Source: an uncultured Lachnoanaerobaculum sp.
GTDB taxonomy: Bacteria > Bacillota > Clostridia > Lachnospirales > Lachnospiraceae
DNA length: 64,000 nt
NCBI GenBank assembly: GCA_916439105.1
Contig: CAKAHN010000001.1
Span: 411,026 to 475,025 of the forward strand
Reading direction: 5' to 3'
Positions within the stretch are counted from its first letter, which is position 1. Each line of letters opens with the position of its first letter. Shown piece by piece: positions 1 to 8,893 of the stretch. Under the pieces are notes generated by a model. The model saw only the letters and a list, made by a program, of their open reading frames with translations. It was not told the DNA's origin and did not search any database. Both the position numbers and the translations under genes were made by a program.

Positions 1-664
1 TCTGTTATACCCTGTAAAAGCTCCTTAAACATGGTTTCTCTATACAGCTTACCATGCCAACTTCCATTTTCTTTATATAGACAAATACTCTTATGAACTG
101 TTATTTCAGATATGCCCTTCTGTTCGGCATCTTCAATCTTTGCTTGCCATTCTTTGTTTTCTTTAAGTTCATCATCCAAAATATCTTTCCAACAGGTCTC
201 ACTGTAGTCCTTTTGGACTAACATAGGATGTATTAAAACAGTCTCCTCCTTACTAAAATTGTTATTAAGATAGTCTTCTATTGTTGATATAAATTCATCA
301 TCTTCAAGCTTTTCTTTTATCTTAGTAATATAATCTTGACTGTCTGTTTCATCTTCATACTCATCTATAAATGGGTACGCAAGATCATATAAATTTTCTT
401 CATTGAAAATTTCAGAAGGCTTTCTACCTCTAAAGTCAATTCCAAGCTTAACACTCTCTCCCGGAACAAAAACAAATTCGATACCTTCTTTTGAGCGAAA
501 ATCTGCTGTATATGTGGACTTATTAAAAGCGGAAAATTCTTTAAAGCAAAGTATTTCCAAATCATGTACTTTGGCAATTTTATTTAATAATTCCTTTTTG
601 TCATAAACGGAAAGTAGATCATACTCAGGGTTATATAATTTTTTTCTATTGATATATCATTCAT
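1..664 (-). CDS. Hypothetical protein, runs off the window edge; possible FGE-sulfatase/C-lectin-fold-like N-terminus; 1-bp frameshift near the start
   Basis: Not in the ORF track. RBS AAGGAG then ATG at 664. After a shift in the A-run near 640 the frame reads LYNPEYDLLSVYDKKELLNKIAKVHDLEILCFKEFSAFNKSTYTADFRSKEGIEFVFVPGESVKLG... with no stop to base 1. The fold guess rests only on the EFVFVPGxxVxLG motif. Confidence 0.7.
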
Positions 665-737
665 TGATTTGGGTCTCCTTAGCATACAACGACTCTTATA
701 ATTTTTCTATAAAATGTTATTTTTCAAATTATGCCAC

Positions 738-970
738 TCACTTAACATCGCTTCCGGCTATCCAATTAATTGATCTTTGTTTGGAACATAAGGTGATGTA
801 ATTATATTTTTTTATAGGAATAGTTTCTTTTTCATAAAAGCTATATTTATCTGAATCTAATATTGTAAACAGTTCGAAATAATGTGACCACGACAATTTT
901 CCGGACACTGCCCGGAAAATTGGGTCACTTATATATAAGAGCCTCATATTGTATAGATTAGATAATAAAT
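738..970 (-). pseudogene. Fragment of a DUF1016/YhcG N-terminal domain protein
   Basis: Reads NLYNMRLLY...VSGKLSWSHYFEL...FYEKET, containing the LSWSHY signature; both ends are missing. Confidence 0.65.
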
Positions 971-1330
971 CTATCTCATAATATTAATAGTATTTACATC
1001 AACATAATTATCTATAAGTATAAGCTCTACCATAAGACTAAAAGCATCATATATCTGACCGTTGAAAAAGATTTTCTGCTTCACTTCTTTTGTTGTGGAT
1101 ATATAGTCAAAGACTTCTTCCAGCTTCTTATCTGTCTCCAATTGCTTTAACTCAACTCTGTCAAGTCGAGCAAACATTTCTCTATTAGAAAGCATGGTGA
1201 TACCTTGCTCTGTAAAGGCATAAAGGTTTGAAGATGAATGTTTCAAAGTTTTGAACCGATCACAATTTGTGACCGGTTAATCTTTCTCATCATCACTTAT
1301 TTGAAATCTAAAGCTTTCATGATCCGTTAT
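971..1330 (-). pseudogene. Fragment of an ORF6N-domain DNA-binding protein
   Basis: YAFTEQGITMLS motif and KQKIFFNGQIYDAFS...LILIDNYVD; an upstream FRFQI remnant lies in another frame; internally deleted. Confidence 0.7.
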
Positions 1331-1851
1331 CAACCTTTACAAGAGCTTTATCCCCTACCATAAATACCTCCATTTTCCCTTTGAATCATTTGCAATCTAA
1401 TACCGGTTAGATCTTGTCTATTTTTATGTCGCGTTATGCAGGCGGTTCATTTATTTTAAGTTTTCAATCTACAAACTGGAATTTGTCAAATTTAAAACGA
1501 ATTATAGGATTACTAAAACAGTTTTTCATTATTCCGTTATGAATTAATAGCTCAAATTTTATTTATTAAATTATTATACCATTGAATCATTCTGTTATTA
1601 AAATTATCTCCAAAATAATATTTCCCATTGTATATTACTGTAATCCAATTATCAGAAAGTACTCTAATTACACTATTATCTACACAAATGATTCTTTTTA
1701 TATACTAGGTCTTTAATTACCTCACTAAAAAAACTTCTCCATTTTTTTACACATTCTTCAATTAAAAATTTATTATCCAGTGTAATTGAATATCCTTTTT
1801 TTCAATCATTTTTAATAGAACATTTGACATTAATGTGATTTCTAATGGTTT

Positions 1852-2802
1852 TCACATTTCTTCATTTGAATACTCAAGTTTTCCTTCGATAAATGTATAT
1901 TCCCATTCTTCTTTTCTAACTTTCGCTTTCATCAGTGGATTGATAAAGATTTCAGTATTATCAAATATCTCTTCTGGTAAATCAGGAAACAAATAATAAA
2001 GTCTAGTCCATATAAGGTATAATAGAAGAAGAATAGGTGCTCTATTAGCAGAACCTAATACACCCCATTCCCCTTTCTCCTGATTTTTAATGGAAATTGC
2101 AAATGGAATACCATTTGTTTTTAATATAGAGTTTTGATCTGCTACTATCAATGAAGGAATAGATGAAACACTATATCCTTTTACTTTGGTATTACTCGAC
2201 ATATAATCTATAAAAGCTCTTCTCAAACTTTTTTCTGTTGAGAAGCCCCCATAGCCAAAAGCAATTCTTATTGGCATATATGATTCAACCACTAATGCAT
2301 TATACAAATATTGTTCTTCTTCTGTCATTTTATCGAGTTCTTGCTGATTTGGTAATTTCCTCCCTGTTACATTTTGATATGCTTGCTCCAATATATCTAT
2401 TGCCATATCATGATCGGGTTTTATAATGTTTTTTACACTTAATAAATTTTTGTATGACAAATCCATTTCTCTTTTGAATAAATCTTTCTTCACCTCAATT
2501 ATAGCTATCACTTGCTTTTATGCTATATTTATATTCTTCAATAAAAGGAATTTTTTTATTCCATCACCTACCACAATCATACAATCAATTTGTTTGCTTA
2601 ATTCGTTTTCTCCATTAAAAATAAAACCAGATGATACTTTTAAATTCAAACTTTTGAAAATAGCTTCATTCAACATTTTTTTTGTCAAACCTTCATACAT
2701 ACCACCTATTGTAGGTCCGTGTTTTATGTCTAAAAATTCACTAATGTCATTAATTCCTTGACTTCTTAGCGCCTCTAATAAATCTTTTATTGTGTTTATC
2801 AT
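1852..2802 (-). CDS. DUF6602-like PD-(D/E)xK nuclease-fold protein, frameshifted near 2520-2560
   Basis: HGPTIGGMYE...SGFI...SKQIDCMIV (ORF 2518-2802) joins VIAIIEVKK (ORF 1852-2511) through A-run shifts, giving the D...ExK catalytic pattern. Confidence 0.65.
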
Positions 2803-3040
2803 CTTCTGAACTCTCCAACTTCCAATTTATACTGTTCATTTCAAAATATGCTTTTACATAACCAAGTAATATTTCATCCGAATAACCTCCTACGCTAGAA
2901 TATGCTATATCTATTATTTCTAATGTAACTTTATCTAGGCTTTGATTATCCTCTGTGAATTTTTGAAGCTATTCCTTTACATTATTAAAAAAATCATCTT
3001 TGGTTGCTTCATATAATAATTTTATTTCACCATTCTCTTA
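2749..3040 (-). pseudogene. Small gene relic upstream of the nuclease-like gene, with an in-frame TAG
   Basis: Frame reads ENGEIKLLYEATKDDFFNNVKE*LQKFTEDNQSLDKVTLEIIDIAYSSVGGYSDEILLGYVKAYFEMNS...; AAGGAG near 3050; no clear start codon. Confidence 0.35.
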
Positions 3041-3179
3041 TATAAAAAGCTCCTTGCTTTTACTCTTTTAAATTATATACCTATATGTTAAAATATAACA
3101 GGTTAACCTAGATATTTATTCAGGTTTTATTGCGAATATAATTATTCAATACAAAAATATTTTAAAGAAGGTTTTTTAT

Positions 3180-4279
3180 ATGAAACTAGGAATCGTTGGC
3201 TTACCGAATGTAGGTAAGAGTACATTATTTAACTCATTGACAAAGGCAGGTGCTACTGCAGCAAACTATCCTTTTGCTACCATTGACCCTAATGTAGGTG
3301 TTGTAGCGGTGCCGGATGACAGATTAAAGGAACTTGGCAAATTATATAATACAAAAAAGGTAACACCTGCACTTATAGACTTTGTAGATATCGCAGGTCT
3401 TGTAAAGGGTGCCAGCAAGGGTGAAGGACTTGGCAACCAGTTTTTATCAAATATCCGTGAATGTGATGCCATTATCCATGTGGTAAGATGCTTTGATGAT
3501 TCAAATATCATCCATGTAGAAGGAAGCGTTGATCCGATCAGAGATATCGAAACCATCAACTTAGAGCTTATATTCTCCGATATTGAGATTTTGGAAAGAA
3601 GAATTGCAAAAGACTAAGAAAGCTGCAATGAATGATAAAACCCTAAAGCATGAGCTTGATATACTTTTTGGAACTCAAGGATATACTTGAAAATGACAAT
3701 ATGGCAAGCAGCTACACATCTTCTGATGAAGAGGATGTCGCATTTGTAAAGTCACTTGGTCTTATCACATATATGCCTGTTATCTTTGCCGCAAATGTGG
3801 CTGAGGATGACCTTGCTGATGACGGTGCTTCAAATGAGTATGTAGCTAAGGTAAAAGAATATGCCGCAAAGTCAAATGCGAAGGTATTTGTTGTATGTGC
3901 AGCCATTGAAGAAGAGATTTCACAGCTTGATGATGAGGAAAAAGCAGAATATCTTGATGCTCTTGGAATTTCCGTATCAGGTCTTGATAAGCTTATTGCT
4001 GCAAGCTATGATCTCCTTGGACTTTTAAGCTATCTTACAGCCGGTGAGGATGAGTGTAGAGCCTGGACTATAAAGAAAGGCACAAAGGCTCCCGGAGCGG
4101 CAGGAAAGATTCATTCAGACTTTGAGCGTGGCTTTATAAAGGCTGAGGTTATCAACTATCAGGATCTTCTCGACTGTGGTTCTACAGCTGCTGCCAAGGA
4201 AAAAGGCTTGGTGCGTATAGAGGGTAAAGAATATGTAGTACAGGATGGAGATGTTATACTCTTTAGATTTAATGTATAA
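3180..4279 (+). CDS. ychF: Redox-regulated ATPase YchF (two homopolymer frameshifts near 3610 and 3667)
   Basis: [43 protein letters not shown]-terminal TGS domain [15 protein letters not shown]...[11 protein letters not shown]. Confidence 0.97.
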
Positions 4280-4302
4280 ACAGTTTATATAATGGGGGTT
4301 AT

Positions 4303-4785
4303 ATGAAAAAAAATGCATTACCTGTTTTTGGTGTCGGTCCTATTTATGCCGTCAGTTGTTTACTTCTAACTGTCCTTGGACTTTTCTTAAAAAAGAAAGG
4401 GTTCTTAGATAGTGGTGAGCTTCCGGCTTTAAAGCAAGTAGCAATGGTTATAGGAGGTCTGCTCATTTTTATCGGAATTGCAGTATGGATATATGCTGTT
4501 ATTATTCAGAAGATAAGTGATGAAATAAAAGTAGGTCATTTGGTTACATCAGGCATATATTCCATTGTCAGAAATCCTATTTATCTGGCTTTTTTATGTG
4601 TATGCACAGGTGTTCTGATAACAGCACATAATGTCTTTCTGCTTATATTTCCGCTAGTATCGTATATTTTTCTTACTATATTGATGAAGCAGACAGAAGA
4701 AAAATGGTTACTTGAAAAATTCGGCACAGAGTATGTTGAGTATTGTAAACATGTCAACAGGGTAATACCCTGGTTTAGACATTAA
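4303..4785 (+). CDS. Isoprenylcysteine carboxylmethyltransferase (ICMT/PEMT) family membrane protein
   Basis: LVTSGIYSIVRNPIY and EEKWLLEKFGTEYVEYCKHVNR motifs; hydrophobic helices. Confidence 0.85.
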   Translation: MKKNALPVFGVGPIYAVSCLLLTVLGLFLKKKGFLDSGELPALKQVAMVIGGLLIFIGIAVWIYAVIIQKISDEIKVGHLVTSGIYSIVRNPIYLAFLCVCTGVLITAHNVFLLIFPLVSYIFLTILMKQTEEKWLLEKFGTEYVEYCKHVNRVIPWFRH

Positions 4786-4815
4786 TATATTTATGCCATC
4801 AACTAAGATGACAGA

Positions 4816-5295
4816 ATGGAGATTATTATGGCGTTAATGGATTTGTTTAAAAAGGCTTTTATGGGAGCAACCGACGAGGAAAATCGAAAAAACAAAGCCA
4901 GAATGAGAGAAATATTTAACGGCAGTGTTGCAAACGGTGATGATTACAAGCTTATTTATTGCCATATGGAAAACTGTACCAATGCTGTTGTTGTCAAGGT
5001 TACAAGACATAGTAACTTTATTGTAGGGTACAAGGAAGGCGAAGTTGTAGTTATTCCTGTAAATGCCGAACTTACAGAATATGGAGATGCAATGGTATTT
5101 AATAAGGCAAATGAAAGCTTTACAAAGACATCTCTAGGCTTTTGTTTTGTAGGAAATCCTGAAGTTTCTTTACAATTTGTCCCTATGACATACGAACCCG
5201 GTATAACCGCCGGTGCAAGGCATTCGGTTTCCATTACTCAATCATCTGCCGAAGTAGCTGAGTTCAAGAATTTCTTTAAAAAGGGATTACAATAA
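4816..5295 (+). CDS. Hypothetical protein
   Basis: 159-aa ORF in operon-like spacing; the start may be the ATG at 4828 (GGAG upstream). Confidence 0.75.
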   Translation: MEIIMALMDLFKKAFMGATDEENRKNKARMREIFNGSVANGDDYKLIYCHMENCTNAVVVKVTRHSNFIVGYKEGEVVVIPVNAELTEYGDAMVFNKANESFTKTSLGFCFVGNPEVSLQFVPMTYEPGITAGARHSVSITQSSAEVAEFKNFFKKGLQ

Positions 5296-5304
5296 TTTAT
5301 AAAT

Positions 5305-5718
5305 ATGAGAATTATGAATAAAGATGATATAATCACTGCACTAAAGGAAGCGGTAATACCTGATGAAGAGTATTATATTGATAGTGAAATAATAGATGCA
5401 ATGCTTGAGTATCCTGATTCCTTCCAATTTGTGAAGCCTATCTTGGAAATAATATCACAAAACCCGAGTGTCGACTTCGGATCTCCCGGAGAGTTGGTCC
5501 ACTTTGTAGAAAAGTTTTACAAAAAGGGCTATGAAGAAGCACTGATTGAATATGTAAGGAAAAGTCCTACATTTCATAATATATGGATGATTCATCGTTG
5601 CTATAATGATGCAAGCTGCACTTTCCATAATGACTTTTTATCGTTGATAAATGAGATTAAAGAAAACCCTTCTACATCTGCTGATATTATAAAGGCGATT
5701 GAAATGTTTAATTGGTAA
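5305..5718 (+). CDS. Hypothetical acidic protein (DFGxPGxLVH motif)
   Basis: 137-aa ORF followed by a terminator. Confidence 0.75.
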   Translation: MRIMNKDDIITALKEAVIPDEEYYIDSEIIDAMLEYPDSFQFVKPILEIISQNPSVDFGSPGELVHFVEKFYKKGYEEALIEYVRKSPTFHNIWMIHRCYNDASCTFHNDFLSLINEIKENPSTSADIIKAIEMFNW

Positions 5719-5740
5719 TTATTTTTAAAAAAATTATATA

Positions 5741-5782
5741 AAATCTTGGGGTTGGTATTTTTCCAATTCCGGGATTTTTTTG
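5741..5782 (+). terminator. Intrinsic terminator
   Basis: AAATCTTGGGGTTGG / CCAATTCCGGGATTT imperfect stem followed by a T-run. Confidence 0.7.
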
Positions 5783-5800
5783 TTTTTTTATAATTTTAAT

Positions 5801-5860
5801 AATGTCGGTTTGAATGTCGGTTTGAATGTCGGTTTGAATGTCGGTTTAAATGTCGGTTTA
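5801..5860 (+). repeat. 12-bp tandem repeat AATGTCGGTTT(G/A) x5, encoding NVGL x5
   Basis: Read directly: 3 x AATGTCGGTTTG then 2 x AATGTCGGTTTA. Confidence 0.95.
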
Positions 5861-5924
5861 AATAAAACTGAAAAGAATCGGATCAAAGCGTGATGGAAAC
5901 CGGATTGTGATTAGATAGTAAGAA

Positions 5925-5950
5925 AGATGGGGAACTACACCACCCCATCT
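5925..5950. terminator. Hairpin, probable terminator
   Basis: AGATGGGG ... CCCCATCT inverted repeat between convergent units. Confidence 0.55.
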
Positions 5951-5992
5951 AAATTTATCGCAATAGAATTTAATTAATTCTATATTTTTATA

Positions 5993-7432
5993 TCATCCTT
6001 TTTGAAAAAAACCTAATATCTTATCTTCATTCCCACGAATTACTATTTTTCTATTTCCACTTTTTGAAAGCAAATATGCTGTATTACAAACTTTAAAGAT
6101 AAGCTCAATATCATGTGTTATAAGTATAACCGGGGTATTAATGATTTTTTCGCCAATGACCTCTGCGACAAGCTTCATTCTCCTATAATCCAGCCCTGCT
6201 GTAGGTTCATCTAAAATAACTAATTTAGATTCCTTAATCAAAGCTAGAATAACTGCCAGTCTTTGTTTTTCTCCACCTGATAAATCATGTGGATTTAACA
6301 TTCTTTTATCCCACAAATCCATTTTAATCAAGTATCTTTTAACTTCCTCTAAATATTTACTGTCTTTAAGTTTATCCTTAGGAATCAATTCTTTTTCAAC
6401 GGTTTCACAAAAAAACATATTGCTACAGTTTTGAAGACTTATTGCTACATTAGATAATCTGTCCTTTACGGTTTTACCATATGATGTATAACCTTTCCTT
6501 AATGGAATGAGCCCTGTCAGCTGTTTGGCAAGCGTTGTCTTTCCTATTCCATTATCACCTATTAAAGCCATACATTCTCCACGATTCAGATTAAAATTGA
6601 CAGTTTCCGGTAGGCTATATCCCTTATTACTTACATATACGTCTTCAATTTTTACCAATTGATTATCATACGGAGCTTTCATAATTGCTTTTAGATTATT
6701 ATTATTGAAGGTCCTCAGTTCATTTTTATATTCCAGCTCGTATGTTAACTCTTTTGATGAGAAGATACCTTCTAGCCTTCCATCTTTAAGCAGAATAAGC
6801 TTGTCAATTAACGGTACTAAATATGACAGTCTATGTTCTACTATGATTATTGTTTTTCCACACTCTTTTAAATGTTCTAAAATTCTTCCAAGATCCTTTG
6901 TTGATTTATAATCTAAATTTGCTGAAGGCTCATCTAAAAGAATAATTTCACTGTCAAATACCAGTGTTGAAGCTATAGCAACCTTCTGCTTTTGTCCGCC
7001 TGAAAGTTCCCTTACATTTTTAGTTTTTAAATCCTCTATTCCTATTTCCTTTAGGGCATTTTCAACTTGTCTATACAGCATACATCGTTCCATGCCCATA
7101 TTTTCACCTATAAGTGCTACTTCATTTTCAACTTCCTTAGAAAAAAATTGATCATTCGGATTTTGAAATACATTACCTACATATTTCGCAATTTCACCGG
7201 CTTTATAGTCAGAAATACTCCTACCCAGGATACTTATTTCCCCGGTCATATTTCCGTCATATAATGAAGGAATCAAACCGTTTAATAGCCTCAATAAGCT
7301 TGTTTTTCCGCATCCTGACAGCCCTGTAATAACAATAAATTCTCCTTTATCTACAGAAAAAGAGATATTTTCTAAAACATTTTTTTTACCGTATGAAAAC
7401 TGTTTTATATCAACATTTATAATCTTTGACAT
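5993..7432 (-). CDS. ECF transporter duplicated ATPase (fused A-A')
   Basis: Two Walker A motifs (GLSGCGKT, GDNGIGKT), two signatures (LSGGQKQK, LSGGEKQR), VFQNPNDQFF; likely start MSKIIN at 7432. Confidence 0.92.
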   Translation of the reverse strand: MSKIINVDIKQFSYGKKNVLENISFSVDKGEFIVITGLSGCGKTSLLRLLNGLIPSLYDGNMTGEISILGRSISDYKAGEIAKYVGNVFQNPNDQFFSKEVENEVALIGENMGMERCMLYRQVENALKEIGIEDLKTKNVRELSGGQKQKVAIASTLVFDSEIILLDEPSANLDYKSTKDLGRILEHLKECGKTIIIVEHRLSYLVPLIDKLILLKDGRLEGIFSSKELTYELEYKNELRTFNNNNLKAIMKAPYDNQLVKIEDVYVSNKGYSLPETVNFNLNRGECMALIGDNGIGKTTLAKQLTGLIPLRKGYTSYGKTVKDRLSNVAISLQNCSNMFFCETVEKELIPKDKLKDSKYLEEVKRYLIKMDLWDKRMLNPHDLSGGEKQRLAVILALIKESKLVILDEPTAGLDYRRMKLVAEVIGEKIINTPVILITHDIELIFKVCNTAYLLSKSGNRKIVIRGNEDKILGFFQKG

Positions 7433-8097
7433 ATCGTAATACCCAGAAATATTAATCCAATTAAAATAACACCATAATCTTTCCATGTAAACGAAAGATC
7501 TTGATATGAAGTCTTCTTACACTCATATTCTATTCCCTTTGTAATTAAAGCACATGATAAATTTTCACCTGTTTCAAAGGCCTTATAAATCATTGGAACA
7601 AGATAGAGTTCTAAACTATAAATCGGCCTAAATATAGTAATACTTATATTACGTGCCTTTAGTCCTTCTTTTATTTCAGACAAATACTCTCTATATTCGG
7701 GAATAAAGCGAAAAAAAACAGCTACACCAATGCACAAATAATTTGGTAAATGTATACTTCTTAGAGAATATATAATTGTGGATGTACTAAAACCTGATAA
7801 TATAACCGCAAGTATCCATATCGGAAAAAGCTTGAGGACAATCAGTCCCATTGTATAAAGTGCACCAAGCCATCCATAATAGAAAAATCTGCTTGGAACC
7901 AGCCATATAATGGCAAATAATAATATATAAAAAGCAAATAGACGAATTGATTCTCTCTTTTTTATAACAGCAACTAACAGGAAACTGAAAAGTAACATTA
8001 ACCAATAAACAATCATTGTACTAAAGAATGCAATGCTTGTATAAATCACCATAAGGATGCCTATCGAAATAGGTTTGATTTGCATTTCTACTTTCAT
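7417..8097 (-). CDS. ECF transporter transmembrane T component
   Basis: Hydrophobic, with FRFIP and LKARN (EcfT/CbiQ X-R-X type motif). Confidence 0.88.
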   Translation of the reverse strand: MKVEMQIKPISIGILMVIYTSIAFFSTMIVYWLMLLFSFLLVAVIKKRESIRLFAFYILLFAIIWLVPSRFFYYGWLGALYTMGLIVLKLFPIWILAVILSGFSTSTIIYSLRSIHLPNYLCIGVAVFFRFIPEYREYLSEIKEGLKARNISITIFRPIYSLELYLVPMIYKAFETGENLSCALITKGIEYECKKTSYQDLSFTWKDYGVILIGLIFLGITICQRL

Positions 8098-8111
8098 ATT
8101 CTCAAAGTATA

Positions 8112-8711
8112 TTAAGATAATATACCTGATTGTTCAATATTTCTGTTAAAGAACTTATTGTAAATATATTTACCCAGTAATGTACCCATAACTGCTGCCA
8201 AAATCTCTATAAAAAGTATTATCGACAGATTTTTAGGATTCAAATAAGTATCTTTTATCATCTGTGCTTTTTCCAAAGTAAATAAATTCGGGAAGGTTTT
8301 TACCAAGCCTTCTACTCCCAGGAAAAGTATAAAGAAAAATCCATGTAGTGCATAAATAACTTCAGAAATTACATATGATATACTGATTCTCATATCATTT
8401 GTATAGTTATGACTACTGCCTATACAAACTTCTCCCGCAACACCTGCAACTAACATAATAGGTAGCATAGGAACAAATCCCATAATAGAATAAATAATAC
8501 CGGACAACAGGTAATAAATAAAAATTGTTCCCCTTTTAGGAATTCTATGACACATAACAAAATAAATTGGTGCACATACTAAGCTTCCTATAGAAACATG
8601 AATAAAGACACCATAAGTTCCAAATATCTGTGTTAACATTCCCGATAACATACTGATAACAAATCCGACTACCCCAAGTAGGCTGACAATAATAATATCT
8701 TTTACTTTCAT
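8112..8711 (-). CDS. MptD-family putative ECF S component
   Basis: MKVKDIIIVSLLG start with AAAGGGG RBS; RIPKRG motif; about six TM helices; precedes the T and A genes. Confidence 0.8.
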   Translation of the reverse strand: MKVKDIIIVSLLGVVGFVISMLSGMLTQIFGTYGVFIHVSIGSLVCAPIYFVMCHRIPKRGTIFIYYLLSGIIYSIMGFVPMLPIMLVAGVAGEVCIGSSHNYTNDMRISISYVISEVIYALHGFFFILFLGVEGLVKTFPNLFTLEKAQMIKDTYLNPKNLSIILFIEILAAVMGTLLGKYIYNKFFNRNIEQSGILS

Positions 8712-8738
8712 AGTTTTATCCCCCTTTGATATTTTTAT

Positions 8739-8754
8739 GTTAGCACTGCCTAAC
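8739..8754. promoter_or_regulatory. Palindromic operator GTTAG-N6-CTAAC upstream of the ECF operon
   Basis: GTTAGCACTGCCTAAC lies 28 bp upstream of the S-component start codon. Confidence 0.55.
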
Positions 8755-8893
8755 CCTGCTGTCAAGATACATTTTTATATATTACACCAAAAATAACGGT
8801 ATTTTTTATACTTTAATACCAATATTTATCCAATGTTCTCTTCTATATAATAAAAAAGAAGCCATCAAGTTTCCTCAACAGCTTCCTTTGTCT

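Noticed and set aside
365..606. ORF-track calls 365-577 (-) and 403-606 (+)
   Set aside because: They are alternative frames overlapping the longer minus-strand gene at 1-664.
5801..5860. Tandem repeat as a CRISPR array or iteron set
   Set aside because: Units are contiguous 12-mers with no spacers, there is no cas or rep gene nearby, and they read in frame as a peptide repeat.
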